From the NCBI GenBank assembly GCA_963790025.1, contig CAWBMP010000003.1:212799-276798 (forward strand): a DNA stretch of 64,000 nucleotides, written 5' to 3'. Positions 57,507 through 64,000 of the stretch are shown one piece after another. The stretch's first letter is position 1. Each line of letters starts with the position of its first letter. The DNA comes from Nitrospirota bacterium. GTDB lineage: Bacteria; Nitrospirota; Thermodesulfovibrionia; Thermodesulfovibrionales; Dissulfurispiraceae. The notes under the pieces are model-generated. The model worked only from the letters and a program-made list of their open reading frames with translations. It did no database searches and was not told the origin of the DNA. A program made the position numbers and the translations under genes.

Positions 57507-59635
57507 ATGCCAAAAAGTATTTCCCGGTCATCCATATCTATCTTGTCAATTCTTACGGTCAGTCTTTTTCCGAGGCTGAATTTCTTTTTTTTGTGAATAC
57601 CGTAAAGGCTCATTTCTTTTTCATCGTACCGGTAGAAATCATCAGTCATGTATGAAATGTGCAGTAACCCATCGACATAATAATCTTTCAGCCGCACCCT
57701 TAGACCATGCGGCATAACCGATACGACAGTGCCCTCGAATTCCTCTCCAACCTTATCTCGCATGAGCCATACCCTCATGGCCCTTAAAACCGCCCGCTCC
57801 GACTCGTCTGCCTGCCGCTCAGTTTTAGACGAAGTAAATGCAATATCAGGCAGAATCGACTCCATCTCTTTCGTCTGCCTGTCGCTGAACTGCTTCTTTT
57901 CCAACACCGCCCTTAAAATTCTGTGGACTACAAGGTCAGGATACCTTCTGATCGGTGAGGTGAAATGAGTGTAGGAGGCGGAGGCAAGTCCGAAATGCCC
58001 GACATTAACAGGAGAATAGCGAGCCTGTTTCAGACTCCTCAATATCATGTGGTTGAGGATATCCTCTTCCGGTTTGCCGCTTATTTGCCTGAGCAACCCA
58101 GGAAAATCACGCGGTTTTAATCCTTTATTACTCCTGATAATCCCCAGGGTATTCATCATTTTCACGATATTTTCGAGTTTCAAAGGGTCCGGCTCCTCAT
58201 GCACCCGGTAAAGAAACGGAATATTCAGTCCTTCAACATATTCAGCAACCGCCTCGTTTGCGGCGATCATAAATTCCTCTATGATCATGTGGGCAAAATT
58301 CCTCTCCGTTTTTATAATCGCTTCAAGGTTTCCCTGTATATCAAGTACTACCTCCGGTTCAGGAAGATCAAAATCAAGGCTGCCGCGCTTGAGCCTTTTC
58401 TGTTTAAGCGCATTGCACAGGTCCCCCATAAAACCGAACTCATCGAGAAGATGGCTGTAGCGGCTGCGCTCTTCCCGGTCCCCGTCAACAAGGATTTTCC
58501 TGACCGATGTATAGGTCATCCGTTCGTCGCTCTTGATAAGGCTTGGATAGAACCGGACCGCTTTCATGTCCGGCCGCATATCACGCTTATCGGAACGGTT
58601 GTCAAACTCCATTTCGACGGTAAAAGCAAGCCGTTCCACTCCCGGTTTCAAACTGCACAGGTCTTCGGACAGCTCCTGCGGGAGCATGGGTATGACCCTG
58701 TCAGGGAAGTACACGCTCGTACCCCTTTTACGTGCCTCCAAATCAATTGGGTCATTCCATCGCACATAATATCCAACATCCGCTATATGTACCCACAGGC
58801 GGTAACCCCCTTCTATTCTTTCTATGGACACTGCATCATCGAAATCCTTTGCCTTTTCCCCGTCAATAGTCACTGTCGGGAGATGGCGCAAATCCGTCCT
58901 TTTCCGGGATTTTGATCTTTCCGTGCGTTCTTCCTGTGACCGTTGATGGAGATCCCGTGCCTCTTGCAGCACTTCTGCGGGGAATCTTCGCTGAAGGTTC
59001 ATTTCATCTATAACAAGTTCCACTTCATCCAAAGGAGATTCAGGTTTTTTGAGGACTTTTACGACACGCCCTGCAGGGGGACGTTTATCAGTAGGATAAC
59101 TCACTATTTCGGCAATGACACTGTCGCCATTCTTTGCTTTCCCGGCATCCCGCGGTGCAACATACAGGTCAAACGGCACAGACCTGTTTTTTGGTTTTAT
59201 GTAGGATGCTGCTCTTCCGGCTTCGAATGTTCCGCTTATTCTCGTATGTGTACGCTCGAGCACCCGTATTATCCTGCCCTCACGACGGCGCCGGTCCTCA
59301 ATACGGACCATGACCCGATCGTTGTTCATCGCCCCGAGAGTCGCCCGGGCAGGTATGAAGATGTCCCGTTCTCCCGGCTGCTCGGAGATTACGAATCCGT
59401 AACCATCGCGATGGGCCTCGAAATATCCTGTTGCAAGATTCATCTCACCGGAGGACCCATATAACCCGTTTCTTGTTCTTACAATGGTCCCATCGCCTGA
59501 CATTTCTTTCAGCAGTCGTTTGAGTTTTCGTCTTTCAGGGGGTGAGAGGGCCAACATAAAAACAATATCGTTGAACCTGAGCGGCTTGGTGACATTGTTT
59601 TGAAAAAATGCTGTTAAAGACTCTCTTGTCATCAT
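57503..59635 (-). CDS. rnr: Ribonuclease R
   Basis: TIDGEKAKDFDDA, HIADV, IEEFMIAAN, YTHFTSPIRRYPD, C-terminal S1. Confidence 0.97.
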   Translation of the reverse strand: MMTRESLTAFFQNNVTKPLRFNDIVFMLALSPPERRKLKRLLKEMSGDGTIVRTRNGLYGSSGEMNLATGYFEAHRDGYGFVISEQPGERDIFIPARATLGAMNNDRVMVRIEDRRRREGRIIRVLERTHTRISGTFEAGRAASYIKPKNRSVPFDLYVAPRDAGKAKNGDSVIAEIVSYPTDKRPPAGRVVKVLKKPESPLDEVELVIDEMNLQRRFPAEVLQEARDLHQRSQEERTERSKSRKRTDLRHLPTVTIDGEKAKDFDDAVSIERIEGGYRLWVHIADVGYYVRWNDPIDLEARKRGTSVYFPDRVIPMLPQELSEDLCSLKPGVERLAFTVEMEFDNRSDKRDMRPDMKAVRFYPSLIKSDERMTYTSVRKILVDGDREERSRYSHLLDEFGFMGDLCNALKQKRLKRGSLDFDLPEPEVVLDIQGNLEAIIKTERNFAHMIIEEFMIAANEAVAEYVEGLNIPFLYRVHEEPDPLKLENIVKMMNTLGIIRSNKGLKPRDFPGLLRQISGKPEEDILNHMILRSLKQARYSPVNVGHFGLASASYTHFTSPIRRYPDLVVHRILRAVLEKKQFSDRQTKEMESILPDIAFTSSKTERQADESERAVLRAMRVWLMRDKVGEEFEGTVVSVMPHGLRVRLKDYYVDGLLHISYMTDDFYRYDEKEMSLYGIHKKKKFSLGKRLTVRIDKIDMDDREILFGI

Positions 59636-59701
59636 TTAGAGATTCCAGTAATTACTTATTCACTCATTTACTTTTAGAATTTGTTGTTTGGGATTCAGGA
59701 A

Positions 59702-60694
59702 TTATTCGGCTTTCTCCGGGGCTTCTTCGGGAGACACAGGTTCCCCAGGCTGGACCGGGGCAGGCTGCTTTGAAATGACAGGTGAACCGGATGATGGGAA
59801 AACGAGATTCACTACTTGACCATCGGCGCCGAGATTTTCAAAAGATTTACCGTCAAAAAGAATCCTCGCCCCTGCAGCGTTTCCCACTGTGAGAGCGACA
59901 GATTCATCGGCCCCGAAGCTGACAGTGTCACCCTCATTCAAAGTCATCTGCTTATTTTCTTTACCGTCTATAACAACTCTTAGCCAGACTCTATCAGTAG
60001 CATCAATCCTGAGTTCATGTTTCTTTTTGGATGAAGCGCTTTTTTCATCATGGGATTGCGACTTTGCCGGGGAAGAAGGGGGAACCTGCAGACCTTTCAC
60101 AACCTCGCTGCTATCGTGGAGCAATGGCAGAACAGAAGGAGTTTGAGGAGTTTGAGAAACAAGAGGAGGCCCCGCCTGAGGGACCTGTGCAGTCTGCACA
60201 TTCCGTGCAGGAGAAGGCGGCGGGACACTTTTCATTACAGGCATAATAAAGTATATGCCCGCGGCAATGGCAACTATGGGAAGGACCCACAATATTTTGA
60301 GAGGGAACGCTTTTTGATTGGTAGAAAATTTTAGTCCAGATGAGAGCAATATATCAACGTCAACCTGGTCGCCCCCACCTTTAAAGGTATCGAGGTCTTC
60401 AATTACCTCTTTAGACAAAACAGCCACCTCTTTTCCGTAAGGAATGCCTTTTTCTTTAGCGCCTTTTTTGTCCCGTAGATATTTCTCATACGGCTCAACT
60501 GCGATATCAAATGGGATGCCGAGAAATTCCGCATACTCTCTTATGTATCCCCTTGTATACACCTCAACGGGAAGCTTATCGAACTCGTCCTCTTCTATGG
60601 ACCTTAGATACATACTCTTAATACGGGTCACTTCAGCAATCTCGCGGAGTTCTTTGCCGAGTTCGTTTCTTCGTTCTTTTAAGAAATTAGACAT
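59702..60694 (-). CDS. rodZ: RodZ-like HTH/DUF4115 membrane protein
   Basis: N-terminal HTH (TRI..YL.SIEE..LP..Y.RGYIREYA), one TM, C-terminal WLRV..DG..GNA. Confidence 0.85.
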   Translation of the reverse strand: MSNFLKERRNELGKELREIAEVTRIKSMYLRSIEEDEFDKLPVEVYTRGYIREYAEFLGIPFDIAVEPYEKYLRDKKGAKEKGIPYGKEVAVLSKEVIEDLDTFKGGGDQVDVDILLSSGLKFSTNQKAFPLKILWVLPIVAIAAGIYFIMPVMKSVPPPSPARNVQTAQVPQAGPPLVSQTPQTPSVLPLLHDSSEVVKGLQVPPSSPAKSQSHDEKSASSKKKHELRIDATDRVWLRVVIDGKENKQMTLNEGDTVSFGADESVALTVGNAAGARILFDGKSFENLGADGQVVNLVFPSSGSPVISKQPAPVQPGEPVSPEEAPEKAE

Positions 60695-60742
60695 ATTTGT
60701 AAGATAGCATATTTTTTCAATAAATATAAAGATATAAACAAG

Positions 60743-60829
60743 TTAGGCCATAGGCCACAGGCTATAGGCGATAGGTTATAGGAAAGAAAACTATAACCTA
60801 CGGCCCACGACCTATAACCTATTGCCTAT
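60743..60829. repeat. Heptamer (TAGG-containing) palindromic array
   Basis: ATAGGCGATAGGTTATAGG 60764-60782 versus CCTATAACCTATTGCCTAT 60811-60829 (18/19 complementary). Confidence 0.75.
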
Positions 60830-61948
60830 TTTTTTTTCATATATTCTGTACTTCTTGTACAACAACCCGCCTAACATTTCGATGATTCTTTTCACGGGTA
60901 CGTTATCCTCAAGAATCCAGGAAAACTCTAAATTCGTGTATCCGCCCCTCACCTTAATGTAATTAACTCCGTTAGTAAAGAGCAGTGCATCAAGCCCCTG
61001 GCTCCTGTATCCCGGCTTTACTCCGTAAAGAAGGACCCTGAGCGCGGTGATTTTTCTTGAGTAATACAGCGCTTTCAGGAGAGTAACAGGCGTCAGCCTG
61101 CCATGCATGTGCTTTAACACTGAATTAAAGTCGGGGAGGAGTCCTAAAAAACCGACAGCTCTCCTGCTTTTCCGCTATCATAATGAATTCAGGTATAATT
61201 AAAGGCTTCAGTCTGCCAGCGCTATATGAGAGTTCTTCATCAGAGATAGGAATAAATCCCCAGTTGTCTTTCCATGCCGAGTTATAAATATGTTGAAATG
61301 TCTGCATGTCAGCCATAAAATTTTTCATGTCTATCGGCCTTACCGTAATCCCTTTTCTTTCCGCCAGCGAGGCGACCCTTAGTACCTTTTCAGGAAGGTC
61401 GCCGCTAAAAATATAATTATAGGCGTAGAGGTCTTTGGCTTTTGACATGCCCCAGCCTTCCAGCAACTCATTATAATAAGGCGGGTTATAGGGCATCATA
61501 AGCACTGGCGCACTATCAAATCCTTCAATTAGAAATCCGCACTCATCATTGGTCGAGAAATTCATGGGTCCCCTTAGCGTATCCATGCCCCTTTCCCTTA
61601 ATTCATCGTAAACAATTTTCAGGAGCGAATCCGCTACACGTGGATCATGAATGCTCTCAAAGAAGCCGAAAAATCCTGTGCGCTCCTTATGATAGTTATT
61701 ATGTTCGGGGTTGATAATGGAAACGATGCGTCCGGCAGGCACTCCGTTTTTGAAGGCCAGAAAAAATTTGACTTCCGCCTTTCTTAAAAAAGGATTCCGT
61801 ACGGAGTAGTGGGTTTTCATGTCCCGCACCAACTGGGGTACATAAAAGGGTCCTTCGCATAAAGCGAAAGAGGGAACTTTATGAAGGCATTGAGGTCACG
61901 TCTCGTCCTTGCCTCTCTGACCTCAACTGCGGGCCCGGGGACACTCAT
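60812..61948 (-). CDS. Double-GNAT N-acyltransferase, bacterial ceramide synthase (bCerS)-like; frameshifts near 61844 and 61160
   Basis: Reconstructed MSV...DLNAFIKFPLSLYAKDPFYVPQL, GFFGFFES, GPMNFSTN, YNPPYY, NWGFIP, LPDFN, SWILEDN. Confidence 0.75.
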
Positions 61949-63137
61949 TATATCAGTCCGATTGCTTTCCCGACCTTCTTAAACGCTTCAAGCACCCGTG
62001 CAAGCTGCTCCGCCGTGTGCGTGGCCATATAGCTTGTCCTGATGAGTGCCTTACCCGCAGGCACAGCAGGAGAGACAGCGACATTGGCAAACACGCCTTC
62101 CTCCTGAAGCATAATCGCCATGCGGAAGGCGGTTTCGTCCTCTTTGACTATAATAGGTATTATTGGCGTCTCACTGGGTCCTACTTCGAATCCGAGAGCT
62201 TGAAAGCCCTGCATCATTGCGCGGGTGTTTTTCCAGAGCATCTCTCTGCGCTCGGGTTCGTTCTCGATAATGTCGAGAGCCGCACTGACTGCCGCAACAG
62301 AGGCCGGCGGAGGACTTGCACTGAAAATCAGGGCCCTGCCGAAGTGCTTGATATAATGTATAACATCGTCATCCCCGGCAATAAACCCTCCGATAGAGGC
62401 AAGTGACTTGCTGTATGTGCCCATAACCAGGTCCACCTTATTTTCCATGCCGAAGTGTTCCGCGGTCCCCCGTCCTGTCTTGCCGAGAACGCCGATTCCG
62501 TGTGCATCATCTACCATTATGCGGGCACTGTAATTATCTGATATTTTCACTACCTCCGGAAGGTTGGTAATGTCCCCTTCCATACTGAACACTCCATCAA
62601 CAACCAAAAGCTTCCCCCGTCCGTTATTTTCGGAGAATACCCTTTCCAGGTCAGCCATATCGTTATGCTTGAAACGCCTGACCTCGCCGTAAGATAATTT
62701 GCAGCCGTCTACGATGCTGGCATGGTCCATTTTATCGATGATTACGACATCATCCTTACCGACCAGTGCCGATATGACACCCAGATTCACCTGAAAACCG
62801 GTCGAGAACACGAGCGCCGCGTCCCGCTTCATAAAGCGGGCAAGCTTCTCTTCAAGCTTTACATGGATATCCAGAGTACCGTTCAGAAAACGGGAACCAG
62901 CGCATCCCGTACCGTACTTTTTTATCGCCTCTATCGCGGCCTCTTTTACTTTCGGTGATTTGTGAGCCCCAGGTAATTATTCGAACCCACCATGATCATC
63001 TTCCTGCCGTTTATGATCACTTCGGGGTCCTGGGCGCTTTCTATGACTCTGAAAAATCGATAAAGTCCCATCTTCTGCAGTGTCCTGGCGGTTGTAAACT
63101 TATAACATTTTTCAAATATATCGGTCGTTTCGGTCAT
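61948..63137 (-). CDS. Alpha-oxoamine synthase, serine palmitoyltransferase-like; frameshift near 62955
   Basis: [11 protein letters not shown](P)[39 protein letters not shown]. Confidence 0.85.
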
Positions 63138-64000
63138 AGCCACCGGTGGATCCTGTACCAATCAGCTGTCCACCTTGCTCCTTCCTTGATTTTTACCATA
63201 GGCACAAATTTCAGCCTATCTGCTGCCTTTGATGCATCGCATATCCAGTCTGAATGTTTCAGTTCCCTGATCTTATCAGCATTAATAATAGACGATTCCC
63301 CGGACCGTTCCGAGATCACTCCTGCGAAGTACATAAGGCATCGCGGATTCTGGTTTATTGGCCGCTTCTGAATTGCATCGCCTATTGCATCGATGACATC
63401 ATCAGAGGAGTAAATAACACCATCAGACATAAAAAAAATCTCTCCCTCCGCATTTTTTTCCAACGCAGACAGTATTATACCATTTATCAAGTCCTCAATA
63501 TATATAAAAGAATAACGGCATTTGCCCCAAACAGGCGCTATCCCCGATTTCAGCATCTTGAAAAATACAAGCATGTCCCTGTCCCTGGGCCCATATACGG
63601 CAGGAGGCCTGATAATCACCACAGGTATATCGCAGCTGCTCCCCAACACTAATTTCTCTCCTTCCAGCTTGGACCGCCCGTAGAGCGAAACCGGGGCCGT
63701 TGCACAATCTTCTTTCAGCGGGGCACCCCCTGTGCTTGGCCCCGCGGCAGCGAGACTGCTAATATAAACAAAGCGTTTAATACCTTTATTTTTTTCGAGT
63801 ACGGCCGTCAGTATATTTTCGGTGCCTTTTACATTTGCATTGATAAAATCCGCTTCAGAACATGCCTTAGTCAAGCCCGCAAGATGGAAGACATAATCGA
63901 CACCTTCCACAGCCTCGTACAAGGATTCCTTTTCGATACAGTCGCCCTGGACCAGCCGGACATTAAGGTCTTCCAGATAGTTCAGCTTCGAAGTGTTCCT
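63134..64000 (-). CDS. NAD-dependent epimerase/dehydratase (extended SDR), 5'-partial
   Basis: [26 protein letters not shown]; frame open to the window end. Confidence 0.9.
   Translation of the reverse strand, partial: RNTSKLNYLEDLNVRLVQGDCIEKESLYEAVEGVDYVFHLAGLTKACSEADFINANVKGTENILTAVLEKNKGIKRFVYISSLAAAGPSTGGAPLKEDCATAPVSLYGRSKLEGEKLVLGSSCDIPVVIIRPPAVYGPRDRDMLVFFKMLKSGIAPVWGKCRYSFIYIEDLINGIILSALEKNAEGEIFFMSDGVIYSSDDVIDAIGDAIQKRPINQNPRCLMYFAGVISERSGESSIINADKIRELKHSDWICDASKAADRLKFVPMVKIKEGARWTADWYRIHRWL

Noticed and set aside
60812..63137. Pseudogenisation or programmed frameshifting of the GNAT and Spt-like genes
   Set aside because: Breaks are single-base losses, mostly in short homopolymer runs and clustered near the window end, with catalytic motifs intact; sequencing error is more parsimonious, though not proven without reads

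Overview
Bacterial chromosomal segment. The protein style and gene content suggest an anaerobic Nitrospirota (Thermodesulfovibrionia-like) or Desulfobacterota-like organism; this is inference and was not searched. (1) 1-24 kb: an extracellular electron-transfer island with about 50 heme-binding motifs. It has two tandem paralogous giant octaheme/PKD cytochromes (minus strand). Divergently from them, with a sigma-54 promoter on each side, is an OmcE-like tetraheme followed by an Osc-like assembly set (two NHL lipoproteins, pentaheme lipoprotein, beta-barrel, SurA/PpiC, 12-heme OmcE-extended cytochrome). A convergent block holds two c7-type hexahemes, an NtrC-type regulator, a heme-c-motif histidine kinase and an orphan PhnD-like lipoprotein. 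(2) 24-47 kb: a long minus-strand housekeeping string (trxA, TlpA, ffh, rpsP, khpA, trmD, rplS, rnhB, hypF, dcd, pyrF, trpE/pabB, a His-less kinase, resB, ccsA, tsaD). It is interrupted between hypF and dcd by a 7.4-kb cobalamin module (riboswitch, cbiZ, btuFCD, btuB) bounded by perfect 27-bp inverted repeats with no transposase. (3) 47-56.6 kb: an accessory region with an IS1111-type IS110 element whose downstream non-coding end contains readable bridge/seekRNA guides matching its own target and donor sites, an inverted-repeat-flanked FGE-domain gene, a frameshifted tyrosine recombinase and several small genes. (4) 56.6-64 kb: TIGR02757, rnr, rodZ and a probable ceramide biosynthesis trio (CerR-like, Spt-like, bCerS-like) broken by frameshifts that look like sequencing errors. 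No CRISPR array, tRNA or rRNA was recognised.
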